A DNA stretch of 64,000 nucleotides from the NCBI RefSeq assembly GCF_023055435.1, contig NW_025963879.1, forward strand, positions 1-64,000, written 5' to 3'. Shown one piece after another: positions 11,935-24,574 of the stretch (position 1 is the first letter of the stretch; each line of letters starts with the position of its first letter). Under the pieces are notes generated by a model. That model made no database searches. It saw nothing but the letters and a program-made list of their open reading frames with translations, and was not told where the DNA came from. The position numbers were made by a program, and so were the translations under genes. The DNA is from Haliotis rufescens (taxonomy: Eukaryota).

Positions 11935-12459
11935 AAGCTGTACTGATAGAGCAACATGACCCATTTCAAGGTTTGCAAGTCTGACATTTGATAAAGGACA
12001 TATTTGCTTTCTAGGAACTTCGGGTCTTATGGGACCATATAATACTATATATTGTTTCTTATAAAAAACTGTCCAAAATATCATTTAACAAAGAAGGATT
12101 GGTCAGACCACAAAGCATTCTGCAGCCTTAACAGAGAAACTATGCCCCTTGTCTGGTGCCCACTTCCAGTCTAGATCTAGACGTTGTAATTAGTGCCACG
12201 TGTGATATTTAAGCATTTTCTCAATATAGTTGAGATAGAATTTAACAGATAGATTTATCTACGTGTATAATTATGAAAATACAGACACTAGACAAACAAA
12301 GTGGTGTTTAACATTTTGAATCAATCGCGCTGGGACTGCCAAAATTGGCCCGAGTCTAGTTCCCCTTTTATGCAAATTACATTTACAGATGTTGTCCGTG
12401 TGGTCTGCTCTGCAAACTTTCTCGCTTTGCTTTACATTACCATCACCAAACCGAAGCAA

Positions 12460-12870
12460 AGGAGTTAATTGCCTGTAAAAGTCCAATTTCTAGGCTAGAA
12501 CATATACTTTGGCTGGCCTAACGAGTCTATGTCCAGTCAAATAAAGAATCGGAAACATAATGCCGAGCAGATTTCGGTCGATTGCAGGATAGAGCATATG
12601 TGTCGTCAACTGGGCGTTGACATATATTTTCCAAATCCTTTCATGTTTTTAATCAACGTGCTCAAGTGATTGGATGCGCTTCATTATAGTTTGGTTTTGA
12701 TAATTGATCAGATCGTTTTGACTATGTGCCGCCATTTTGTTTGAAGCAATTACAATAAAATGAGAGGTAGAATCTGATTGATCAATCGGAACGACAAAGA
12801 AGGGAGATACTCGTAGTAGTCCCTGGTTCGGCGGGAGTTGAAACTTGACTTTTATCCCTTGCCTTAGAAG
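12460..12870 (-). mobile_element. Diverged, inverted relative of the 8307-8851 MITE
   Basis: Shared internal blocks in reverse complement (AACAAAATGGCGG, GATCTGATCAATTATCAA, CCTGCAATCGACCGAAATCTGC). Confidence 0.7.
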
Positions 12871-13894
12871 ATGCTTTACCGATTGACAGTGATTCATAAA
12901 CACATGTTTTGAGGTCGGAATTTTGCAATGGTCTGTGCTTTTAGCAAAGATGTTTTATGTTTTAAAGAAATGCGTTTGTCGCTTTTATTTACGTTATTGT
13001 GCGTGTTGTACGTGCCCCTCATCGTTATATTGCTCGAATATTGTGAAAAGCAGCGTAAAACCATACTCACTCACTCACTCTTGATGACGAAAGTTGACAG
13101 GGAAAGAGAAGAACAATGGTCTACCCAGTTTGGAAAGCTGTTTCTAAAAAGTGACAGATCTAGTCACAACATGCACGCAACGCTTCTGTAGTTTAATAAT
13201 ACATCATTACCTTATGTTCAACCAGTGTTATCGACAGACATAGTTCACACATTTTGAGCTCATGAGGTTTTTTTTAGCATAATGGTAAATGACGTTTTGG
13301 TAAGGTAGCTCAAGATATCGGTAGTGGTGGAACATTCCTGACCAATGTTCACACTTGTATTCATGTTTCATTTATTATGCTGGGATGTCGGCTTTCGCTT
13401 CACAATCCTACATTACAAACGTAACTAATATACAAATAATTAGGGCATTTTACAGGTTAAAGATTAATTTACTTAATTTAGAATCACTATGCTCCTTAGC
13501 GAGATAGTGTGGAGAGCTAATATGCATTATGTTCGCATTGTAAATACCTGAACATTATGGATGAACTATGAAAGGATATCTATCAATTGTTGATTGTTGA
13601 TGTCATTCAAATATAATTTATTAATGTGAAGATATACGGCTTTCCCATTGGACGAGAAGCTCCGACGTTCATACAGTTTAGCCCTCACTCTATGAAGGTT
13701 TATACTCCAATGAACTCACACAAAGTGAAAGTCAAACTAATTGTGACGTAAGGGCGAAATGACAAAACGTCTCACACTCGTTTCTTAAAATCAGTATGAC
13801 ACACATGCTTGTATAATAATATCTACGTACGAAGCTCGTGGTGAGTATATATATATATATGTATATGACAAACGTGTTATATGTAACTAATGTA

Positions 13895-15387
13895 TACTGA
13901 ACCGCAAAAGAAACGTCACTATGGATAGATATATGAGAAACCGTATTTGTCCAAACACTGTAAACATACTTTAGGACATGAAACTTGGCAAAACTGATCA
14001 TCAAGGTTGAAATAAAAGTGTCAAAAGTTCTTAAAGAGAAACACAACTCTAGTCTCTGAGAAAATGGCATCACAAGTCAGTATCTCGTCTGTCCGCCATG
14101 TGCATTGATGACTGCCGTGCAACGTCGATACATGGAATGGATGAGGCGATTGATAAAGGCCATAGGCACTTGAGCCCACACTCTGAGAAACGCCTGACGC
14201 AGTTCAGCTGCAGTTGTCGGCCTTGGTCTTTGAATCTCGTCCCACAGGTGCTCAATGGGATTTAAATCGGGACTAAGGTCAGACCACTGCATGGTTCTGA
14301 TGCCATTCTGCTGGAGGAAGTCTCTTGCTGTATCATACTGTATCATGTGGTTCCGGCGACGTGCCAAATGAGATATGGCGTGTGGTCTCAAGACTTGATC
14401 AATGTACCGAGCTGCTGTGACAACATTGCCTCTCCCTTGACCGATGTCCTGGAAGACCACAGGGCCGACCCTCTGTGCAAGACCAATTCCACCCCACCAT
14501 GATGCTCGGACCACCCCACGAGTCTCTCTCAACAACACAAGCATCCGAATAATGTTCAGCACGGCATCGCCAGACTCTCACTGCCATCTGCTGTTGATAT
14601 ACAGTAACGGCTCTCGTCTGAGAAGAGGACTCTTCTCCACTGCTGGTGGCGCCAATGCTGGTGCTGTGTTGCCCACTGAAGACGGTCCCGGCGATGACGT
14701 GGTGTCAGAATGGGTCCTCGGTGTGGCCTGTGACAGTTGAGGTGTCTGTTCGTCAATCGTCGACGCACGGTGTCTGCACTAATGTGTCGCTGATGAGTCT
14801 CCATGGTCTGTCGAGCAGTTTCCCCAGCAGTAACAAAGCGATCTTGAAGATGCTGTCGCATAATCTGACGATCCTGACGATCCTGACGTCGGGTGGTGAC
14901 CCTTGGTCTTCCACTACGTGGTCGGTCATCTGTAGTGTTGGTGGTCTGGTACCGTTGTTGGGGCCTGTATATGGTCCTTACGTGGACTTGAAATGCATTG
15001 GCTGCTTGCCGGGCGGTTTGTCCAGCTTAAAATCGTCCAAGGGCTTGGTGTCGCTGATTTCTTGTCAATCTTGGCATGTGGTAGCAATTCAATAACGAAT
15101 GAATGTTATCCGATCTGGGTGGATTTTTATAGGGCAAGAAATGGGGGAACGCATGTGCATTTCAATTTGCTCTGAAGTCACGTGCATCGGGTTACCATGG
15201 CCGTTGCCCTGATGCGTTTGGGCGATCTGTTTTATTGTCATCTGCTTTGGGGGTTTTTAAATCAAATTTCATTATTACGGTCAAGATAATGTTAAATTTT
15301 AGAAACTTTGACAAAAATTTCCCAAATATTTAAATGACAACTTTTCATGCAATGTTACTTTGGTGACGTTTCTTTTGCGGTTCAGTA
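13895..15387 (-). mobile_element. Tc1/mariner DNA transposon, full length, frameshifted transposase
   Basis: Perfect 25-bp TIRs (TACTGAACCGCAAAAGAAACGTCAC) flanked by TA. Transposase ~15077-14077 with FSDESR, SPDLNPIEHLW and GGQTRY. Confidence 0.93.
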
Positions 15388-15929
15388 TAAATATATTATT
15401 ATTACTTACATGTTATCTGGCGCTAATGGGTAAATGTAGCTTAAGGGTACAATTGTGTATGATTGCAGTGCTAAAGAGTATTGAACTGTTCCACAAAATT
15501 GAAATCTGAAATCTTATGAAGCAATATGCAAGACATGAACAACATGCGACATGTGAATAATGTGCTTACTTTCGCAGGCTATATAAACTAAGTAGGCCGT
15601 TTAACACCCGTTACAAAATGAAATTAATATGCTTATGTCTACAAACGGGAAAAAAGTAACTGTGCTTCACATAAAGTTCAACAATACAGTTATTCTGAAA
15701 TTAAATTATGCATCTCCTCGACTTCAAAGGTCGTGATTCACAATTTGCACCAGAGTGATTGTTGGGAGCATGATGTTGTTTTTATATGAATAGCACACAA
15801 TGATTTCTTGGCTATCAGGTTCTGATACATATATTTTTGTTATATCGTAAATAACGTTTACACAGTACTTATACGCGCATTAAAATCAACGTATACGCGT
15901 CGTGGGTATGCTGTAAACAGGAATTGCAC

Positions 15930-16215
15930 GAACGAAGTTGCCAGACATCTCAAAGTTCACCAAAACACAATATTATATCTCATGGCTTGCCATGTGTGAC
16001 CCCTCGCCCGTTGATGTCTGGGGTGATGGAACGACGCCTACTACAGGACCAGAACCAGCCAGTAACGCTAGCTCGGTCAGGCCAATATTTGGTTGACATT
16101 CGTTTCAACATCCACTGGATTATTTTCAATCATCTGGCGTCTTCAATGCTGCACCGCTGCCTTGCCTGTATCAACGCTGTTGGTGGTCACACCCGATATA
16201 GACGTTGTTAATTGA
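15930..16215 (+). mobile_element. Degenerate Tc1 transposase C-terminal fragment
   Basis: Reads SSMLHRCLACINAVGGHTRY. Confidence 0.7.
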
Positions 16216-16471
16216 GTTGTTACATCCCCGTCCTTTAGGGCTTGTCATTCTGTCTCCTGTTACCTGGTATGGATTTAGTTAATGAATTTGTTATGATAAA
16301 ACATTGACCAGACGAATGACCAAAAAGTTGTTGTTATTTTCAAAAACATAACATTTACATGTAATTTGTTTCTGTAATCCATGTATAACTTGCATTACGC
16401 CAACATCGAAAGTAATTATGAAAGTTCCCTATGCAGTTATACATTCACTCTATTTTAACTCTTTGTATGGC

Positions 16472-16750
16472 GGGGGCACGGGTGGCCCAGTCGTTTCAGG
16501 CGCCGCGATTCTCTGTGCATAGTTGCGTCCCTTGGGCACGCCAGAAACCTATGATTGTGTGTTCGAATCCCGGTTCGCCCCGATTGTGTTTATAGGTTTG
16601 TTAGCACCATACCCGTGCTCGTGGGTTTCACCGAGGTGGTAAACGTCTGATACCTGCATCACTTCGGGCTTTCCTCCCACATTAAGCTGACACGCCGTGA
16701 TATAACTGTAATTCTGTTAAAAGCGGCGTTAAACCCAACTCACTCACTCA
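16472..16750 (+). mobile_element. tRNA-derived SINE family B (tRNA-Leu-like head, V-domain-like core), full length
   Basis: A box GGTGGCCCAGTCG, B box GTTCGAATCC, TTTCCTCCCACA core, (TCAC)n tail and TSD ACTCTTTGTATGGC. Confidence 0.88.
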
Positions 16751-17294
16751 CTCTTTGTATGGCCTGTGGTACATTTATTGACGTGGTTTAGAATCAGGAA
16801 AGCCATTCCTGTGCAAAAAGATTCAAAGTACCTTTCAGTCATTCCCACAGGGACTCTAGAAAAACAGTTGTTAAAGCATCTTCTATTCATTATCTATTTT
16901 ATAGTGTTACACTAGATTACTCGTAACTGTTCAGCATTACCCCTTTGACCATACTGTGTAGATTCCATTACCGGCTGTATTAATAACTGTAGCTTCTTAA
17001 CCGTTGTTGGTTCTGTGGAATCGATGTACAGCGTTAATTCGTTCACCTCCCCATACCTTTGATGTTGTAATGGTTTTACTGGTTGCATTAGACGGGGCGA
17101 TTGTCGATGGGGCAATAACAATCTGACAATGACATTTCCTTCATTGAAAATGGAGATACGAATTTAATGTGCGTGGTAATGCTTTCAATGACTATTCTAC
17201 AATAAACATCACTTAATTTCATAAGTACACAAAATGAGTAAGAATAAATATCGCGTGCCTATGAACCTCCGGCTATTTGTGCACTGGCAGAGCG

Positions 17295-18521
17295 ATGTTG
17301 AGGGGGATGAAGCTGCTGGAGATGTGTGTTGTGCTTGTGTGGTTGTCATCAATCTGTGTTCATGTTGTGGCTGACACCCGAGAGAGTATAAAACAGCTGA
17401 ACTCGTATCTTGAAACCCGCTTCAATCCCGACGTTCCTCCCATCGACCCACAGACCAATGCCATTGAAGTAGATATTATGATTGGGCCAGTGCAGGTTCA
17501 GGATCTGGTTGATGCTACCCAAGTACTTAAATGCAGAGTGTTTGTGGTGATGAGATGGACGGACACATCACTTGCCTGGAATGCGTCGGACTACCCCAAC
17601 GTTGATCAGATAGAAATCGCTCCATATAAAGTTTGGTCTCCAAACGTAGCTTTGGTCAATTCTGCCTCTGGTGATGGTACTTTATCGACACTGATGCCCT
17701 TGATGCTGTTAATGAACGGATCTCTGTTTTGGCAGAACATAATGACTGTCTCTACAATATGCAAAACCGATCTATCTAAATATCCATTTGATAACCAGAC
17801 ATGTGACCTTACATTTACATCGACCTTCGGATATTCCATTATCCTACATCCATATGTGGATTCAAACACATATGGTTTAAAGATAAATGCTAACGGAGAG
17901 TGGGAAACTATCAATATAACACGGTCGGTCTCTCCACAGGATGATCACCAACTACACCAACCTGCAACGTTTTTTATCCATCTGTCCAGAAAGCCTCTTT
18001 TCCATATTTTGAACTTCATTTGTCCGACGTGCCTAGTCTCTTTCCTCAACAGCATCGTGTTCCTGCTGCCAGCAGGCTCTGGAGAAAAGGTGGGCTACGT
18101 CATGGCCGTCTTTGTGTCGAACGCTCTCTTCCTAAGTCTCATCCACGACATCATGCCATCAACCTCTGATACTATTTCTTACCTGTCCCTCTACCTCCTT
18201 GGGATTCAACTCCAAGGCTTTCTCGGAATTGTTGGCACAGTCGTGGTACAGAACGTATACTGTCACCAGCAGAACGCCAAGGAGAATGGAGCACACGTAG
18301 AACCAAATCGAACACCTGCAAGATTGAAGCCGACACAAGTTGTGCCTCTTGACTCGCCTGACACGGTGGAGGATCTCAAAGATCAGACCAGACATCAGTA
18401 TTCAAGAACGAGGGCATGCATGAGACTCCGTAATCTCCCACTGGACAGGGCTTTGGATGGTATTTTCTTCATATGCTCCTTTGGCTTTGCTTTGATCATC
18501 TTTCTCTTGCTAGTTGTATAA
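17295..18521 (+). CDS. Intronless divergent nAChR-like Cys-loop subunit (paralogue A2)
   Basis: Signal peptide, Cys-loop CKTDLSKYPFDNQTC, LPAGSGEK and 4 TM helices. First in-frame ATG is at 17295. Confidence 0.93.
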   Translation: MLRGMKLLEMCVVLVWLSSICVHVVADTRESIKQLNSYLETRFNPDVPPIDPQTNAIEVDIMIGPVQVQDLVDATQVLKCRVFVVMRWTDTSLAWNASDYPNVDQIEIAPYKVWSPNVALVNSASGDGTLSTLMPLMLLMNGSLFWQNIMTVSTICKTDLSKYPFDNQTCDLTFTSTFGYSIILHPYVDSNTYGLKINANGEWETINITRSVSPQDDHQLHQPATFFIHLSRKPLFHILNFICPTCLVSFLNSIVFLLPAGSGEKVGYVMAVFVSNALFLSLIHDIMPSTSDTISYLSLYLLGIQLQGFLGIVGTVVVQNVYCHQQNAKENGAHVEPNRTPARLKPTQVVPLDSPDTVEDLKDQTRHQYSRTRACMRLRNLPLDRALDGIFFICSFGFALIIFLLLVV

Positions 18522-18609
18522 ATGGTACAACCATATAGTTTAGTCTTTTAGTGCGTGGCTTTCTAAAGAAATATATAATCTCAGTTTCAGTTTCGTTTGA
18601 CGTAGGATT

Positions 18610-18825
18610 GCCGCACTCAGCAATATTCCAGCCATATGACGGCGGTCTGTAAATAATCGAGTCTGGGCCAGAAAACCCAGTGATTGACATCATGAGCATC
18701 GATCCACGCAATTGGGATACGATGACATGCAAGTCAGCGAGCCTGACCACCCGATCCCGTTAGTCGCCTCTTACGACAAGCAGAGTCGCTTTTTACAGCA
18801 AAAGTTGCTGAAGACCTATTCACGG
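18610..18825 (-). mobile_element. SINE-like family M copy marking the left edge of the tandem array
   Basis: Its right half and downstream flank recur at each unit junction (26839-27072, 35762-36000, 44039-44278). Confidence 0.85.
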
Positions 18826-20345
18826 ATGATTTGACGGAGGAAAAATACTGGGATGTTTTCTACTTTATCAAACATTGATTATTTATATGATATCAAAAGG
18901 CTCGAGGATGAGAGTATATTTATTATCCGATTACCCGGAATCAATTATCACAAACATATTTGATTAAGTTGGTGAGAACATGAAATTGTGTTGATCGTTA
19001 GGACGCACGGAAGAGCAAAAAAACATTCACATGTAGCACTTATTTTATTCGACTAACTTTTGCGGCCTTACCGTTTAGTGCGAAACCAATATGAAATCAC
19101 TGTCATTATATTTACATACGGCTATTAATCCTAAACATAAAGTTAACCAAGTTCTCTGAAGAAGATTAGGGTAAGAATTACATCTGTTGAGAAAGACCGT
19201 GGGCATCGGGCTGCAAATGTAAGACAGATATTATCTAAATGTGGTTATGGATGAATAAACTTACTCAGTTCTATTAACTCTTGCACACAAAGTTAAAGGA
19301 TATGTTCGCAAAACTAATGTCAATTTTATTCTTCATCTCATAGATTTCTGTGTACTGTGTTCTATGTGTCATCGTACCCGACAACGAGTAACGGGATCGG
19401 GTGGTCAGCACATGTTTGATAATAACGTTAAAACATTTAGACATTTAGATGTTCTTCATAAGAGCTTGGAACTGAAGTTGGACCGTCCACTGATATGACA
19501 AGGAATACGGGAATATGTACACAGCGCAACCTTCATAGAGTGGAAGATATGTATCCTGGCATGTCCATTCTTAGTCTTGCACCATGACTATAAAAACATA
19601 TCTAGAAACGCATACAAAAGCAAGTCTAGACAGCTCCAGCTAGCTCTATTCCACATGAAATCAGCTTAGGGAATTTTTTAATTCAAGAAGGATATTGTGT
19701 AATATAAGATTTCATGGACTAAATGTTAGTCTAGTCCATACTATACTCCCTTAGAAATAAGATATACCATTTTAGTATATCCATATACTAGTATATATAT
19801 ATATGGCTTTGTTAAAAAGTTCTAATAATTGTGTTTGGGTGTGTTGGTGTGTGGGTGTGTGGGTTGAGTAAGTGAGTGACTGACTGAGTTTAATGCCACT
19901 TTGAACAGTATTTCAGTGATGTCATGACGTGTCACTGATTTTGAATTGTTGTCTATTTCTTTTTGTTCATGGTTAAATAAGCATTCTGTAAATGTAGTTT
20001 TGTGGACATATTTATCCATGAGTTTTGGCTTCAGTATGTTTTAGCGTCTATTGAGTTACAAGCGTACACGTCAGTGTGCGCAATGCCGCTTCCACTCTAC
20101 ATTCTACAACTATCCCTCCATAAACAGAACTGAAGTATAAAGTTTTAGGAATTCGCATATAAATGATGGCTATGGATTACTTTACCACCTGCTGAAGATG
20201 ACACTGAGATCTGTTTAACTGCCAAGTGTTTCTTTAAATTGAGTTCATGTTTAAAGATCGCCCATGAATTGTGTTAGAAGCTTTTATTGTCTTCACAAAA
20301 CTTTAAATAGCCACTTCCTATGCCAATTTACCGGGCGATGCTAGT

Positions 20346-20670
20346 GGATTTCTCATTTGATTTGTGAATTGTGTTGCAAAACATGTATATATTTATGTGG
20401 GTTATAGTCTAGAAACACGATTCTGATGGATTTCTCATTCGATTTGTGAATTGCGTTGCAAAACATGTATATATTTATGTGGTTTAAAGTCTAGAAACAC
20501 GATTCTGATGGATTTCTCATTCGATTTGTGAATTGCGTTGCAAAACATGTATATATTTATGTGGGTTATAGTCTAGAAACCAGATTCTGGGGGAATTCCC
20601 ATTCGAATTGTGAATTGTGTTGCAAAAAGGTATTGATGTAAATGTATGGGTTTATATGTCCAGAAACAGG
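20346..20670 (+). repeat. 82-bp minisatellite (~4 copies; ~3 at 29628-29870; ~4 at 37549-37870)
   Basis: Unit starts at 20346, 20428, 20510 and ~20592. Confidence 0.88.
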
Positions 20671-21139
20671 ATAACACCTATATGTATTAAACTGTTAGTG
20701 CGAGTTTCATTCAATGTCATTTAATATATATCACAACCAAAGAGTTAGTAAGTGGGTTCGCATTGACTAGTATATCATTAGATTCGTGTCAGCTTGTGGG
20801 TGGAAAGACTGAAGGGATGCAGGTCTTAGACGTTTACCGCTTTGTGAAATCTACGAGCACAGCTATAGTGCTGACAAACCTAGAAACATAATCAAGCAGA
20901 CCTGGGATTAATACCATGGATAATATATATATGGCACGCCCAAGGGACACGCGTCTCTGCACAGTTGGTTGGTTGGCTGGTTTGTTGTTTAACGCGACAC
21001 TCAGCAATATCCCATCTACATGACGGCGGTCTGTAAATAATCGAGTCTGGACCAGACAATCCAGTAATTAATATCATGAGCATCGATCAACGCAATTGGG
21101 ATGAATGACATGCATCAAACCTCGTCATTGAACCTATGA

Positions 21140-21669
21140 ACAAACCTATGATTGTGGGTTCGAATCCCGGTTCGCCCCGATTATGTATCTAGGTTTGTCA
21201 GCACCATACCCGTGCTCGTGGGTTTCACCGAAGTGGTCAACGTCTGAGACCGCTTTCTTCCCACATTAAGCTGACACGCCGTGATATAACTGGAATACTG
21301 TTAAAAGCGGCGTTAAACCCAACTCACCCACTCACTCACACAATTGGCTACCATACACACATCAATATGTTGTGGCTTGGTCATTAGTGAAAGGGGGCAC
21401 GGGTGGCCCAGTCGTCTAAGGCGCCGCGGTTTGCTGTGCAGAGTTGCGTCCCTTGGGCACGCCAGAAACCTATGATTGTGGGTTCGAATCCCGGTTCGCC
21501 CCGATTATGTTTCTAGGTTTGTCAGCACCATACCCGTGCTCGTGGGTTTCACCGAAGTGGTAAACGTCCGAGACCTGCATCACTTTGGGCTTTCCTCCCA
21601 CATTAAGCTGACACGCCGCGATATAACTGGAATACTGTTAAAAGCGGCGTTAAACCCAACTCACTCACT
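21140..21669 (+). mobile_element. Pair of SINE-B copies (first 5'-truncated); repeated at ~30340-30870, ~38343-38872, ~47626-48229
   Basis: The second copy has TSD ATTAGTGAAAGG. Same arrangement in all four units. Confidence 0.85.
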
Positions 21670-21932
21670 GATTAGTGAAAGGTGCATCTCCCAAGGGAGA
21701 TGATCATCCATCTGTGACGCCACCATAAACATTATTTTATTTTATGTCTTTATTTCGTTCATCGTAATCCCCGCGTGTATTCCGGGACAGAATGGATCCC
21801 ATCACAAACTGCTTCTCCCGTGAGCCGACAATTATAGGGATAATGTGATTACAGAGTACGACCAGTTTGATTGTGCGGTCGAGTCCGGATCGTTGTTATC
21901 TACTATATTGCCTATCCCTGATCTGAATAATC

Positions 21933-22090
21933 GGGTAGCCTAGTGGTTAAAGCGTTCGCTCGTCACGTTGAAGACCCGGGTTCGATTCCCGACATGGGAA
22001 CAATGTGTGAAGCCCATTTCTGGTGTCCCCTGCCGTGATATTGCTGGAATATTGCTAAAAGCGGCGTAAAATCAATCTCACTCACTCACT
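21933..22090 (+). mobile_element. Short tRNA-derived SINE family A (also ~39137-39293)
   Basis: TAGCCTAGTGG A box, GGTTCGATTCC B box, shared 3' tail and TCTGAAT direct repeat. Confidence 0.85.
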
Positions 22091-22387
22091 CTGAATTATT
22101 AGAGGCCGCTCAGATATAATATAGTTGACTGCATCGCAAAACAGTCACCCTTTCAAGTTAACATTTGAGTCATTAAGCGCTTCTCATACCTGTTATCCCA
22201 AATCAGTTCCGTATAGATTCCATTACCTGTAATTTGCCTTTCAAAATTGGATGTATCCTTAATTATGCTGTTAGTGAAATTCAACAAATGCAACATAACC
22301 GATGTCCTGATAGTGACAAAAATCATTTCTGGTAATGCCTTAAGTTAGTCTGACAGTACATGTTATCAGTTTGGGTAGTAGATACTA

Positions 22388-23783
22388 TACTCACACACAA
22401 AATAAACGCAAGTGGTTTTAAGCAAATAGGTAACAAACACGGAACCATAAATTGAAACGAGTTTTAGCATGTAGTGAAGCCTGATGGTGTTATCAATATT
22501 TTTGGTTGCATTTTGGAAGCCCCGAGTAAAAACGCAACATAAAAAACACATCGCCAAAATGCACCATTTCAATGAATATATGGGTATCATGCACCCATTT
22601 CTCGCGAAATCAAAAATGCACGAACTGTCACGAACTGTAGTGGGTATAAAAGTGTGGCCGATTCTTGGACCTACCACTCCTTGGTTAACAATGCCACGCC
22701 TAACTCAAATTCAGAGAAACCAGGCTATCGGACGTTTGGAAGCTGGAGAGTCTGTCCAAGATGTTGCCCGTCATTTCAACGTTAACATAACCACAATTTA
22801 CCGTCTCCTGCATCGATACAATGCTACACAGACCACAGATGACCTTCCTCGGAGCGGTCATCCTAGGGTCACCACACCTCGACAAGATCGGCAGACACTG
22901 CGATCCGACGTCTCCGTTCCAACAACCTCAGATGTCGCCGACCAGCACGTCGTCCTGTTCTCCAACCACGGCATCGACAAGCACGACTTCAGTAGGCACA
23001 GGGTCATCGCAATTGGCGTCATCGTAAGTGGAGGCGTGTCATCTTCTCTGATGAAAATCGCTTTTGTGTCTCCCATGCAGACGGAAGAGTCAGAATTTGG
23101 CGACGTCGAGGTGATCGTTTCGCTGACAGAAACGTTGTTGAAAGGGATCCATGAGGTGGACCTAGCGTCATGATATGGGCATGGATTGGACTTAATGCGA
23201 GACTTGGAACCCTGTGCTTTCTGAATGTTGGTCAAGGTCGGGGACACAGCGTCACTGCTCAGCGGTATATCGACAAAGTGATCAGACCCATTTTCAAGCA
23301 GGACAATGTTCGTCCCCATGTTGCCAGAGCTACCATGGCCTTTCTGCAACAACACAACATCCGTGTTCTACCGTGGCCAGCCCTGAGGCCTGATCTGGGA
23401 TGAGGTTCAAAGGCGTCTGCACAATGTGCGCCCAGTCCCTACAACTGCCCATGAACTACGCACAGCTGCTCTGGATGTGTGCAGGAGGATCCCTAGGGCC
23501 TTCACAAATCGTCTGATCCACTCAATGTACAGGAGATGTGTGGCAGTGATCAATGTTAATGGTGGTCACACCAGGTATTGACTGACATTTTGGGTATTGA
23601 CCCTAAAATGCTGTGTAAGCCCTTAACATTTGAAAAAAATAATTATGTCATCTACCTTTTAATCAATTATACTGTCTTCAGTCAATTTTTTGTCAATCTT
23701 GCCCTATTAGTATTTCTTGTCTTTACTGTTGAAAATAAATAACATGTAAACTGCACACCCGACGTTTCTTTTGAGTGTGAGTA
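22388..23783 (+). mobile_element. Tc1 transposon (unit 1 copy), defective
   Basis: ~21-bp imperfect TIRs with TA TSD. Transposase starts MPRLTQIQRNQAIGRLEAG at 22691 and ends GGHTRY at 23581, with frameshifts and a stop. Confidence 0.9.
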
Positions 23784-24574
23784 TATTTTATGCCAAATAA
23801 ACAATGAAATCTGTATCATGTAACCCCACTTACAATTTCACAAAGCTTTAGCACATGAACTTCTCCGTAATTATAGGTGGCACAGACACAATACACAACA
23901 ATAACCAAAAAACACAAATATACATTTTTATATGTTATTACCATTTTCATTTTTACCATCCCTTGGGAAACAAAACTTAAAAGGAACATATTAGCACCAG
24001 CATTTATAAATATATGTGAATACGTTTTCCCATTCTAGCACTTAACACTATTTACACTTTGAAGACATAAACAATTGACAATTACACGATACGATTCCTA
24101 TTGCCTAATTCCGTGATAGTTATGTTTACATTCTATTTCCACCTGTTGTACAGGTAACCATTTCAACAGCAAACGTGTCCAGTGGAATGCGTTAATTTGT
24201 TTGTTCGCTTAAGACAATGCAATGCTGGATAATGATCGGCACCGACCAACCTCATAGCATTAAAAAACATTCATTTTCTGATTGATTTTTGTTCACGTGG
24301 CGCATTAATGATTTAAGAAATTCAGTTTTGTGCACATCTAGACCAAACAGTTCACCATGGATGTGGATATGAGAAATTGATTTGCACCGACCAAACCCAC
24401 CTTAAAACATTCTTATACATTCATTATCTGATTGATTTCGTCAATTCATGTGAGGCACGAATGATTTAAGACAAGCAGCTTTGTGTAATCTTCACAAAAC
24501 AGTCCATCATGCTTGATGTGGAAATATAATTCTGTACGTACATTGTAGTTAAACAGACGGAGGTTGTGTTGAAA

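Noticed and set aside
21933-22000. tRNA genes at A/B-box sequences
   Set aside because: They continue into SINE bodies with tails and TSDs, and do not form complete cloverleaves.
22484-23173. 229-aa ORF (and copies) as a novel protein
   Set aside because: It is the Tc1 transposase N-terminus reading out of frame after a deletion.
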